The translations under genes were made by a program, and so were the position numbers. Below are positions 26,915-38,675 of a DNA stretch of 64,000 nt, one piece after another. The stretch lies in NCBI GenBank assembly GCA_036785375.1, contig JAWMAR010000384.1, positions 1,054,001 to 1,118,000 of the forward strand. The letters run 5' to 3'. The notes under the pieces were generated by a model that made no database searches, was not told where the DNA came from, and saw only the letters and a program-made list of their open reading frames with translations. Each line of letters opens with the position of its first letter. The first letter of the stretch is position 1. Source of the DNA: Leucoraja ocellata. Taxonomy: Eukaryota.

Positions 26915-28208
26915 AGTCAATTATCTAGACCTGTTACAGCAGCTATTTTAAAGTTATCAAAGTATTTCTATTTTATTTAAATATCAAGAAGTGCTTTTAA
27001 AATCCTTTAAATGATTAGGAGGCATGGCACTCATCTTTACCTATTGAAAGTGACACCACCAATAAAATGTAAACTAGCCTTGGCCTCTACAGATTGCAAA
27101 TCTGTAACTGCCGTTCTGTGAAGATTAGCTAACTCGGCACTAAATCAGAAGTCTTAGCTGAGACCATCTGGTCTGCATAAGTCACTATCACACCAGATGG
27201 CAAATATAACCAAAATGCCATCTGGGAAGCTTCAGTTGCTGGGTTGTACAAGAGAGTTCAGGAATATCCACTCTCCTGATATTTGTATGTTTGTGTGAGG
27301 CAAACTTTCCCTCCACCACTATCCTCTCCCCCCTCACTACCCCATCATATCAATAGAATCAGTGAAAGATAATTAACATAGAAAGTAAGTATTAAGATTG
27401 AGAATACTATGAATACACTGGTGATGATGAGTGAATGTGCACTTGCGCATGGAGTTACATCCATTATGGCAAAACTTCTCTATTAGGATGGCTTTTGTCT
27501 CCTGTGTGGGATTTTGTGGGAGATCCTGAAATGTCAAGATTATCCTTGAATGCCATAATTCATGTCTATGTTTGTAAGAGGAAGAGACCTGGGCACGTCC
27601 ATAGTCAAGGTAGATAATTTAACTTGCTCACAAACTCTTTATCACTAACTCATACAAATAAACCTATTGACATTTTCAGCAGAGGATGCAAGAAACGACA
27701 ATTCTGGACCTGAGAGCACTCTCATTTAAAAAGTTTTAAGTTTACGTTTATTGGCCAAGTATTCACATACAAGGAATTTGCCTTGGTGCTCCGCCCACAA
27801 GCGACAACATGACATACAGTGACAGTTAGGAATGACACATAAAACATTAATAATAAATATTGTGCAACTTCAAAACCACACAGCGCTTCACAGCCAATAA
27901 GCTTCTCGTTTCCCTCTTGAAGATAAGCACAGCATTCATTGCATGTAGTATATGTTCCCACTAACAGGAGTGGGCTGATTGATGACTGTTTTTAGTCTTG
28001 TTAATGTTGGCCAAAGACAACATCTTCCATTCAGATTTTCTTACAGGATTTTTTATATTCACTGTGGAGACACATGGGATCTTTTCATCTGGGAAAATAA
28101 CACACTGTACACCCGTGGCACTCCCTCAAAGTGTCAAGCTGAATTGAGCATTAACTTCACTGAAATCAACCCTAAGTGTCTTAAATGTTATCTCTTCTTA
28201 TTTGGCAG

Positions 28209-28333
28209 GTATTACAGAGGCACTCACGGGGTTATAGTGGTATATGATGTCACCAGTGCAGAATCATTTGTTAACGTCAAGCGGTGGTTACATGAAATAA
28301 ACCAGAATTGTGATGATGTGTGTCGGATACTGG
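28209..28333 (+). CDS. RAB35: RAB35 coding exon 4
   Basis: ttggcag|G...CTGG|gtatgt. 125 nt, YYRGTHGVIVVYDVTSAESFVNVKRWLHEINQNCDDVCRIL. Phases are consistent with flanking exons. Confidence 0.98.
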
Positions 28334-28789
28334 GTATGTATATCATTACCATTGTACATTGGAATGAAATAAGGAAATTGTTTGATGATTCACTCATTCA
28401 CAATAAGAATGTCACTCATCCACCTGTGTCCCTCCATTTCCAAAGATATGATAGATAATTTTACAAACATAGGAGCTTGGGTAAATGATTACCTCTCAAC
28501 CCTGCTCCACGTGTGATGTGAAATCGTGGCTGATCTAATTGTCACACCCCATCTCTGCATTCCCATCTGCCCACCATAAACGTAGACCTCATTTGCTTAT
28601 TAAAACTCTATCAACCTCTCTTAGATATTCAAACATTCTGTTTCTACCACCTTTTGAGGAAGAGATATCCAAAGAGTCGTGAACGTCAGAGAAATTTCTT
28701 CCCGCGTCAAGTCTTCAGTGGGCAACCCTGATATTTAAACAGTAACCCCTCATTCCAGAATCTCGTGGAATCGTCACCTCAAGTGACTA

Positions 28790-29065
28790 ATGGCAGCAGA
28801 GTGGTCCAACAGTAGAGTCGCCGCATCACAGCGCCAGAGACCAGGGTTCGATCGTGACTACGGGTTCTGTCTGTATGCAGCTTGTACGTTCTCCCTGTGG
28901 CCGCGTGGGTTTTCTCTCCCTGTGCTCCAGTTTGTTCCAAACACACTCCAAAGACGTGCATGTTTGTCGGTTAATTGGCTTCTGTAAATTTATCCCCAGT
29001 ACGTCCCTAGGATTGCTGGTCGCTGCAGACTCGGTGCGATGGCGGCCTGTTAACACTCTATCTCT
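28790..29065 (+). mobile_element. HE1-like V-SINE
   Basis: cagcgccagagaccagggttcgatcgtgactacggg...gtacgttctccctgtg...cacactccaaagacg...ttaattggc. Confidence 0.8.
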
Positions 29066-29800
29066 AAAATTAAAATGTTTAATTGTCATATGTAGCAGGA
29101 ATAAAACAATGACTTTTCTTACTGCTGCATTACAGACCAATTAATGCAATAACACAACAGAGTTGTGGTTTGGGTTCTGCAGTATAGTTCAAAAGCCTGC
29201 TGGTTGCTGGAGAAAAGCTGTTCTTGAATTTGGTGGTCACAGTTCTCGGGCTCCTGTAGGTGCTTCCTGATTGTCGTGGTGACATGAGAGCATGGCCAGG
29301 GTGATGTGGGTCTTTGATATTAGCTGTCTTTTTGAGGCAGCACTTCCTGCAGATCCCTTTGACGATGGGGAAGTCAGTATCCCTTGGGGACCGGCAATAT
29401 CTACTACTTTCTGCAGCCGCCATCGCTCCTGGGTGTTTCATGTTACTGAACAGTCCTGATGCAACCTGTCGATATAATCCCTCCCCTACTGCTGTAGACG
29501 TTTGACAGAATATTCGGTGGCATTCCAAATCTTCCCAATCATCTGAGGCGTTGATGAGTTTTCTTTGTGATTGCATCAGTGTGTTGGGCCCAAGACAGAC
29601 TTTCAGAGACGTGCACACCCAGAAACGTGAAGCAGTACACACTCTCCAGCATCATCCCATTGATGAATACGGCTTCATGGATCCTTGGCCTTTCCCTCCT
29701 GAAGTTAATAATTGGTCTTGCTAATGTTGAGAGCAAGATTGTTGTTCTGGCACCATTCAGATTATCAATTTTCCTCCTGTACTCTTAACTGATCGTTACC
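29066..29800 (-). mobile_element. Rex1/Babar-like LINE 3' part
   Basis: Minus ORFs FTFLGVHVSESLSWAQHTDAITKKTHQRL and IKDPHHPGHALMSP..SG..YRS.RT.TTKFKNSFSP. Confidence 0.8.
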
Positions 29801-30339
29801 TGGGATTTGCATATAATCTTGAGATTCACCCAGTCAAGATCCATCATAATATTATATTTCAAATTAAGTCCCCTCTTTCTCTTCTTAGCCTCAATGATAC
29901 CAGCCGGTTCAAACTGCTCGAAGTGAATGAGTGATAATTCCAAATATTGCTGTGGCAAACCTTTTCTGAAATGCTTCCAACTCCTCAGAAGGTGCCAGAA
30001 AAACTGGAGTGATGTGTACGCAAGAGCTGGGGAAAATGGGATTAATATAGATGGATACTTAATGACTTGATGCGCCTATGGTGGCTGGAGGGCCTGTTTC
30101 GCACTGTATCACTCCATGCATTTTATCATCCCTCCTTGTATATAACTACCTATGTCGTGTACAGATGATGTTTCTTAATGCCGTGTATAACTGTGGCTCC
30201 CAGCTTTGTATTCAGTTCCACACAACAAATGATAACATTAGTGCTTCGAATTACTTGCATTACCTGGATACTAGCCATTTTGCATTGTGCATTGGGATCG
30301 CTAGATGCCTCTGCACTTCAGGGCACTGCAATCTATCAC

Positions 30340-30790
30340 CAGTGCTGGTTGCCCCATTACAGGAAGGATATGGAGGCTTAGCGAGGGTGCAGAAAAGGTT
30401 TATCAGAATGCTGCCTGATTATTGGTTATAAAAAGAGGTTGTATGAAGGTCAATTATTTTCTCTGGAGTGTCGGAAACTTTGCAATGCCCTAATATAAGT
30501 TTATAAAATTATGAGAAGCATTGATAGAGTCAGATAGTCAGAATCCTTTTCCTTTAGTCAAACACTAGAGGGCATAGTTATAAGGTCAGAGGGAGAAAGT
30601 TTAAAGGAAAAATTAGAGACAATTTTTTTAAGAGTGGTAGATGCCTGGTGGTCGAAGTAGTGGCTTTTAGACAGATGCATGAATATATGGACCATGTGCA
30701 GTGCAGAAGGGACGGGTTTAAGTGGGTAGTGTGTTCACCACACACATCATGACATGAAGGGCCTATTCCTGTTGTACTGTTCTATGTTCT
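30340..30790 (+). mobile_element. CR1-like LINE 3' fragment
   Basis: W.PHYRKD / RVQKRFIRMLP relic, ending gggcctattcctgttgtactgttctatgttct. Confidence 0.7.
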
Positions 30791-32789
30791 TTTTTTCTAT
30801 TTAAGTAATGTGCTTGCTTTGTTATTTTTCCTGCCTAAATTTCTGATGTTTTTACCATTCATTAAAAGCTTAGGGCAAAGTTTTACATGCTGTCATTTTT
30901 GCCATATCACTACTCAAGGCCACAAATAAATTTAAATTCAGGGAACCTGTTAATTTGCATATATTTCACTCTACAAATTTTGATTGTGTAATCTGTTTGT
31001 CTAATTTCAGAATTATCTACCAGTAAGTTGCTCAAAATATTCCATTCGGCCATTTTAGTCCTAATGACAAAACAGTTGGGCATGTGCTGTGAAAGGGGAT
31101 TGATCTTCAAGTGTTTTATTGTTGGGTCTCGGAATCTGCTGCAGCACAACATGAGTTAGGTGCAGAAAATCCCCCCAATGGTGTTATTGGTTGTAATCTG
31201 GGAGTCATTGCTGCTCTAACTTTGTTTTTATTATATTATCAAAGATAGCACAATGAATTGGCTGTGGGTGTCCTGATCCAGCACTCCAAGCTGGTGTGTC
31301 AATACAAACTCTTCAGGCACCCCCTTCCCTCCTGCCCGCCTAGAATTCCACAGCAACAGCGAGCTTGAGCACAGTTTCAAAGTGTACTTTCTTCAACAGT
31401 CATTTCACTTTGTGTACTCAAGTGTAATTTAGATAAGATTATCATCTACACAAAGTTATTGGCATTTCCAACTTTTCATAGTTCGAGGGACTGCATTGAG
31501 CGTGTTCCCTATCAGCTCACACAGACTGACACTGAACAGAAGGTCTTTGTCTGGGCCAGAAGTAAACCTAGGTCCAAAAGGTTAAAGATCACTGTGTTAA
31601 ATTATTTGACAGCTTTCTCAGCCCTTCATTTTAATATTGTAAATTGTAGTTTTGAATTTTCTTAGCTTTCACTATTTAAAAAATATTGCCTCCATTTGGG
31701 AAAACTTTGCCAGGTTATTGTTCAATTATGGACATTTTGTCAATTATGGAACAGAAACAAAATGATATATCTCAGTCGTGGCCATTTTGCTCACCAGCCT
31801 GTGCTATTAAAAGGAATTCCACTCATCACTTTCCCTCGTGGCTCTAGAAAAATTTTCATATGTGTATTTATCCAAAGCTCTTTCAGGAACTATTTGTGAA
31901 TCTGCTCTTTGAGTATTCCCACTCGTACTACATAGTTAAGGACAGCTTCCCCTCGGTTCTGTTGCCATTTCCTAAAAGCAGGAAATGATAGAAATGCTAA
32001 TTGTCAGGAAGCATCTGTGGAGGGAAAAGCAGGTGTAACATTTAAAGTGCTGATTGTTTTATTACAACGGAAAATAATTAAAAATGTAACCAGTTTTAAG
32101 TTGCACAGAAAAGGATCTGGTAGGAAAGAAGAAACGGGAAGATGTGCGATAAAGTGTCAAGCTGGAGAGATTAAATTATGGGGGTATGATGCTAGGCAAA
32201 AGGGGAAGTAATGAGACTAAAGAAACACAAGATGGATCGAGAGGGGGTGTAAATCAGAATAATGGGATGGTCTGACAGTGAGCCTAGTTTTGCATTTGGG
32301 AATTTGTGAAGTGCCATTGCAAGAGATGAGGAATGACTTGCAAAGAGCTTCCTGGATGTACGGAGATAAACGTAAAATGGAAAAGGGGATCTTCATGATA
32401 AATACCAGACACACAGTAGCTGACCAAAGCAATTACAGAAAATTAGTATTGGAATAGCATAATGGTTAACATAAAAGTAAAACCAAAATTATTTAAGAAA
32501 TGAAGCAGCTGGAGGATGGAAGATCCTGACCCAAACGATCGTCTGGTCATTTCCATACACAGATGCTATCTGACCCATTGAATTCCTCCTGCAATTTGTT
32601 TTTGCTCAATTCCAGCATCTACAGTGTCTCAGTCTTTAATCAAGTTGATGAGTATAAAGGTGAATCAGTTAAGGGCTAATAGGGGCGGGGGGAGTGGGGG
32701 AAGAAGGGGTGCTAATGGAGCCAGAGGGCATGGAAGATCAAGCGATTGCAGTTAAATGTGTTGAAGACTTTGCCGTGTTACAAATTCAT

Positions 32790-34630
32790 GATTATAAAGC
32801 ACTGAAACGGCCTCTTTAATCCAACTCTTCCATGTCGGCCAAGGTGCCTATCTAAGCTAATCCTCTTTGCCTGTGTCTGGCCCACATCCTTCTAAATCTA
32901 CTGGACCAAATGTTCTTTCAATTTTGTATTTATTCCTGCTACCATCTCTCCTCTGGCAGTTCGTTCCCTATTTCCACCATGGAAAAACATTCCCCTCAGA
33001 CCCCCTATAAATCTTCCCCTCTCACTTTCCACCTATGTCCTCTAGTTTAAGACACCCCTACCCCAGGGAAAAAACTGTAGCGATCTACACTTATCTGTGC
33101 CCCTTATCATTTTATTAACCTCACTCATGTCATCCCTCAACATCCCTTGCCCCAGGGAATACAGTCCCAGCCTATCGAATCTCTCCTTTATAACGCAAGC
33201 CCTCTAGTCCAGGCAACATTCCTGTGAATCGCTGAACCCTCTCTAGCTTAATCACATCCTTCCTCGAGCATGGCAATCAAAGCCACAAAGAGTACCACAA
33301 GTGTAGCCTAACCAACATTGTGTATTGCTGTAACATGATGACCCACCTTTGCTACTTAGTACAACGGCTAATGAAGGCAAGCACACCATATCCCATCTTC
33401 AGCTTGTTTATCAGTGCTGCCACTTTTAGGGAACTATGCACTTGTATCCCTTGATCTCCGTTGAACTATTAACCATTCAATATGATCATGGCTGATCATC
33501 CAAAATTAGTAACCCGTTCCTGCTTTTCCCCATATCCCTTGAATCTGTTAGCCCTAAGAGTTATATATAACTCATTCTTGAAGACATCCAGTGAATTGGC
33601 CTCCACTGCCATCTGTGGCAGAGAATTCCACAGATGCACAACTCTCTGGGTGAAAAGGTTTTTCTTCATCACAGTCCTAAATGGTCCGCCTCTTATTCTT
33701 AAACTGTGACCCCTGGTTCTAGACTCCCCCAACATCGGGAAAATGTTCCTGCATCTAGCCTGTCAAATCCCTTAAGAATTTTATATATTTTTATAAGATC
33801 CCCTCTCATCCCGCCATCCCGGGAATTAACCTGGTGAACCTACGCTGCCATCTCTCAATAGCAAGTTTGTCCTTCCTCAAATTAGTAGGCCAAAACTGCA
33901 CACAATACTCCAGGTGTGGTCTCACCAGGGCCCTGTACTACTGCAGTAGGACCTCCTTACACCTATACTCAAATCATCTCACGACGAAGGCCAACATGCT
34001 ATTTGCTTTCATCACTGCCTGCTACATGTACCTGCATGCTTACTTTCAGTGACTGGTATACAAGGACACCCAGGTCTTGTTGCACCTCCCCTTTTCCTAA
34101 TCTGACACCATTCAGATAATCTGTTTTCTTGTTCTTGCCCCCAAAATTGATAACCTCACATGTATTCCCTTTATACTGCATCTGCCCACTCACCCAACCT
34201 ATCCAAGTCATCCTACAGCCTCATAACATCCTCCTTCCAGCTTTGTGTCATCCGCAAATTTGGAGATGTTAAATTTAATTCCCCCATCTAAATCGTTAAT
34301 ATATATTGTAAATAACTGGGGTCCCAGCACTGAGCCTTGCGGTACCCCACTTTCAATGGAAAAATAATAATTCAGAAATTGGCACAGCCTGCCATTCTGA
34401 AATGGACCCGTTAATTCCTACTCTTTGCTTCCTGTCTGCCAACCAGTTCTCTATCCATGTCAATACCCTACCCCCAATACCATGTGCTCTAATTTTGCAA
34501 ACTTATCTCTTGTGTGGGATCTTGTCAAATAATTTTTGAAAGTCCAGGTACATCACATCAATTGGCTCTCCCTTGTCCATTCTACTTGTTCCATCCTCAA
34601 AAAATTCCAGATTAGTCGAGCATGGTTTCA
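32790..34630 (-). mobile_element. Two abutting CR1-like LINE fragments (~32790-33465 and ~33470-34630)
   Basis: Minus ORFs LGESRTRGHSLRIRGGPFRTVMKKNLFTQRVVHLWNSLPQ and GVRLGKGEVQQDLGVLV. FADD relic near 34250-34260. Confidence 0.85.
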
Positions 34631-35051
34631 CCTTAGTCACTTGCTAACCTTATTTCCTAGAGGAAGTGGAGTACAGCCCCTTCTCTAGTCGCTATAAAAA
34701 CGGTGATATTGTTTAACTGGAAGAAAATGCAGGCCATGCATAATCTCCATTCATGGGCGGTTATGCATTTTGTTCGTGATTAAACCCCCACCGACCACTT
34801 TGGTGTGTCTGTAAATACTCATTTCGCTCACATAACTGCGCTCACATTTCCCCCTCCCCCGCCGTCCCCACTGTGTCATTGAACTTTTTGTTTCCCCCTT
34901 CAATTCACATATATCCCTAACTCCCACCATTCATCTCCTATTTCACCCATTCACTTGCACCTCTTCCCCACACTCATTTACATTTGTAAGTTACTGCCTT
35001 ACCCAATTCCCACCAGACCTGTTGTTATCAAATCTTTTGCTTCTATTGCAG

Positions 35052-35176
35052 TGGGCAACAAGAATGACGATCCTGCACGCAAAGTAGTAGAGACCAACGA
35101 TGCACAAAAATTTGCAGAACAGATGGGCATTCAACTTTTTGAAACCAGTGCAAAGGAGAACCTCAACGTCGAAGAG
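35052..35176 (+). CDS. RAB35: RAB35 coding exon 5
   Basis: attgcag|TG...GAG|gtaggc. 125 nt, (V)GNKNDDPARKVVETNDAQKFAEQMGIQLFETSAKENLNVEE with NKxD and SAK motifs. Confidence 0.97.
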
Positions 35177-35259
35177 GTAGGCATTGCCGTCGAAGAGGTT
35201 TAAGATGGGGTTATGTGAATAATTTGGGTCTTCTCATCTGTCAGTTCCTTCTACGAGCT

Positions 35260-35650
35260 TCAGAGTTTTACAGCATGGTACAGCATTAGTGTGGGCATGT
35301 TCGGCCCAACATGCCCACACTAACCCACATGACCCATCTACATTAGTCTCACCTGCCTGCGTTTGGCCCATATCCCTATAAACCTGTCCTATCCATGTCC
35401 CTGTCTAAATGTTTCTTAAACGTTGCGATAGTACCTGCCTCAACTACCTCCTCCGGCAGCTTGTTCCATACATCCTTGTGTAAAAGATTTCATAGGAATC
35501 ACTCGGGTTCCTTTAAATCTTTCCCCTCGCACCTTAAACTTATGTCCTTTGATTCTCGATTCCCCTACTCTGGGTAAAAGACTAGACCCAGCCTGCTCAA
35601 CCTCTCTCTATAGCTCAGATCCTCGTGTCCTGGCAACATCCTTGTAAAGC
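35260..35650 (-). mobile_element. CR1-like LINE 3' fragment filling most of RAB35 intron 5
   Basis: gcgtttggcccatatccctataaacctgtcctatccatg...tcctggcaacatccttgtaaa. Confidence 0.7.
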
Positions 35651-35685
35651 TGTGGTCCAAGCTCACCGTCTGCTTTTGCTTTCAG

Positions 35686-35814
35686 ATGTTCAACTGCATC
35701 ACAGAGCTCGTGCTGCGTGCCAAGAAAGAAAACTTAGCCAAACAGCAGCAACAGCAGCAGAATGACGTCATCAAACTGTCCAAAAACAGTAAAAAGAAGA
35801 GGAAGTGTTGCTAA
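35686..35814 (+). CDS. RAB35: RAB35 last coding exon (6)
   Basis: tttcag|ATG...TGC TAA. MFNCITELVLRAKKENLAKQQQQQQNDVIKLSKNSKKKRKCC* has poly-Q, a polybasic tail and a CC prenylation motif. Exons 2-6 total 554 nt, so a 52-nt exon 1 gives 201 aa. Confidence 0.98.
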   Translation: MFNCITELVLRAKKENLAKQQQQQQNDVIKLSKNSKKKRKCC

Positions 35815-38500
35815 CGAGGAACAAAATAAACGGACTTCTTTGCAATGAACAGTCCCTTTCACTCGGACTTGTATATCATAAATTCAGAAACAAACGTTCT
35901 TTTACATCCCCACCCCACCTCTGCCCCACAACTTTCCCCTCACCCACACCCTCACCCCGAGCCCTGGGAGGATAATGTTTGAGAGCAGATGTGGAGTCTT
36001 GTTGGCTCGGTGCTGTTGCTCCTATATTTCAATTTCCGAATTATTATTTTTCCATTGAAAGTGACTGCGGCAATGGAGCTCAGTGCCAAGATCGGAGCAG
36101 ATCATCTCATTCCATTTGATTTGTATGGATCTACAGAGAAAATAAATGAGTGACTTGTCTCGCTTAAGGGATTTAAAAACCCTGTACATAATGTACAGCT
36201 TTAATGCCACCCCTTTCCTCATCGCTTCGCCTAATACTTTCAGATGCCAAGAAATCATGAAGCACCTTCATTCTATCTTCTATTTTGATTTTTAATAAGT
36301 AAATATTTTTGGATCCAAGCTGCTGACTAATGTTGAAGCACGGTGGCCACTAGCTGCTTCCAGTTTTGCACCATTTCCGCTGTTAGACTCGCACTGTTGT
36401 TATCTGATTCGGCGTTTGTGGTTGGGGAAGAGGTGGGGTAAATATGGAAAGCAACTGCAATGGAGGGAGAAAGGGACATTGGCTTGCTAATTGTGCTAGA
36501 CAATTTTATCAATGGAATTGGAGACCTCATTTGGAGTTTTTTTTTAATCATCAAGTAACTACTCCACTATTTATATTTAAAAAAATGGGTCCAGAGTTTT
36601 TGGCTGATGAAATTATCATGTTGGATGATAATTAGCCTTCTACTATGATGGGGAGGGGTGGGGCAGGTAAATAATGGAGAAAAAAAAGTAACTAAATAAA
36701 TTGTGAAATAAGGTAAGGTGAATGAACGGTGTTTTTAATATCTGTCAATCATGTGCATTGGCTTAACGCGTGTTAATATCAGCCCTTCAACGTAGAAGGC
36801 ATGAGCTTGGTATGTGATAATGTCTTTTTCTAAACAGCACACAGTTGATGCCCTGTGGTAAAATAAATCCAACAGTACATCTTATCTTGTACTGGGGTGG
36901 AGGGGAGGGTGGTCTTGCATTTTAAAATGGAAGGTTAGAAATTGTAGGGGAGACCAAATCCATGGTGTTGTGTCGGAGGGAAAAAACAATTGGAATTTCC
37001 ACTACCGAAGTGAGAGCCCTTGGAATGAGTCTGTGCAATTGGATACCAGTTGGGAAACCCTGTTGTATTGCTAATTTATCAACTCCATCTGAGAAGCTGC
37101 AAGGCGGCTGAAAAATGTCATGATTCGTGAGTGTGGAATGCAATAGTAAGACTGGAATATGGCTATATGTGCCTGCCCCATGTTACAATCCGAGAGTACA
37201 AATTGAAGAAATATAAAAAAGTTTACGCTTGATCATTCTATACTTAATGTTGACGTTGGGTGCCTGAAATGGACGTGCCCCTGTTCCACCTTATAACACA
37301 CCAGCCAGTCATTGCCTCATTGCCGCATAGAGATCTCTCTCATGTGGATAGGATAATGAACTGCCTCCAGCTATGAGAGTTCAGAATGCAATCAGTGTGG
37401 GTGAAATCTGCAGCACAAGACTGTCTAGAGGAGAATTAATTGCCACTAAATTAAGAGTCTAATGCTTATGGGGATGGTTGGTGCAGGATATGGAAAGGTC
37501 ACCTGGTGCAAGAATGAAAAACGCTTACTATGGGATAATGCCACATTGGTCACTGCACAGGCAGTTTCACACTGGATTACAGGTGATCAGGTAATCACAG
37601 GTAACCTGTGACTACCTGACCAGGCAAATGCTTGATTAGGAATAGTGGATGACATTGTTTTTTTAAATGGTATGTAGGATAAAAAGTAACTTAATAACTT
37701 TTGTTTTGAGATTACCATTTACTGACAGTTTTAAAGAAAGTATATCATTTAATTTGTGTACAAGCTGGTCATTATATCAAAGGAGAAGGCCTGTTTTATA
37801 TGTTATATTGTGGACTCCCATCTGTTAAAAGGTGTATCTTAAAATATCTGAAATCTTGTGGCATTTGGTTATGCGACTGTTCGTGATGACGATTATGTAT
37901 TAAAACACAGAAATTACTGCAAAAGTGGTGCAGGTTACAATATCAGTTTGTCAGTTGTCCCTGTGTGTACTACCAGCATAGAAAACGTGCACTTTGCATG
38001 AGCATTCCTACAATGTGCATCTTCCATCTGCTTTTTGCATCCATTGCACCCACTTTGTGTGTTTGTAAGTTTTAACCAAGAGCCTGCCTGGCAATATTCA
38101 TTTTTGTTGTTTGAGTGTATGTGACTGAAATTGGACTGAAAGCTGTCTGTTATGGTTATGTGGGCACTACACTGAAGTATGTGTCTGCATATACATGATT
38201 TAATTTTATATTTTGCATACTTCCAGTTGGAGTATCGTGGTTAATTCTGGGCTTTTGGTACTTTAAGCAGCATACAAAAGAGAACTACTAGAAATGTACA
38301 TAGGATAGATTTAGTTATGTGAAGAAACTGGAAACGGTCTCTTTCAGATAGCAAAGGAGCATTCTGATTCATGAAACATTTAATGAAATAACCGAGGTGA
38401 AGTTCTTTCAGTGGTAGAAAAATACAACAATTGCCAAAAGATTCAGATGCCCTGAAAGTAGGATGAGTGTGAACCAATAGTGTCCAAAAAGAATTGGAAC
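35815..38500 (+). other. RAB35: Probable RAB35 3' UTR (end uncertain)
   Basis: Follows the stop codon and is about 2.7 kb with no recognisable interspersed repeats. AATAAA occurs near 35825, 36141, 36695 and 36862. The true cleavage site cannot be determined. Confidence 0.5.
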
Positions 38501-38546
38501 ATGAGGAAAGAGTGGGGAAATGGAAGTAATTGAATATGAAGTAATA

Positions 38547-38675
38547 TGAGAAAGGGTCCCAACCCAAAACGTTGCCCGTCCATTCCCTCCACAAATGCTG
38601 CCTGACCTGCTGAGTTACTCCAGCAATTTGTGTTTTTTTGCTCAAGATTCCAGCATCTGCAGTTCCTTGCACCTC
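38547..38675 (+). mobile_element. Penelope-like terminal repeat fragment
   Basis: gaaagggtcccaacccaaaacgttg...gctgagttactccagc...ccagcatctgcagttcctt. Confidence 0.65.

Noticed and set aside
27979-28458. 159-aa ORF containing Rab sequence
   Set aside because: Only 28209-28333 is exon. The rest is intronic read-through.
29130-29642. 170-aa minus-strand ORF
   Set aside because: It is a Rex1/Babar LINE relic, not a host gene.
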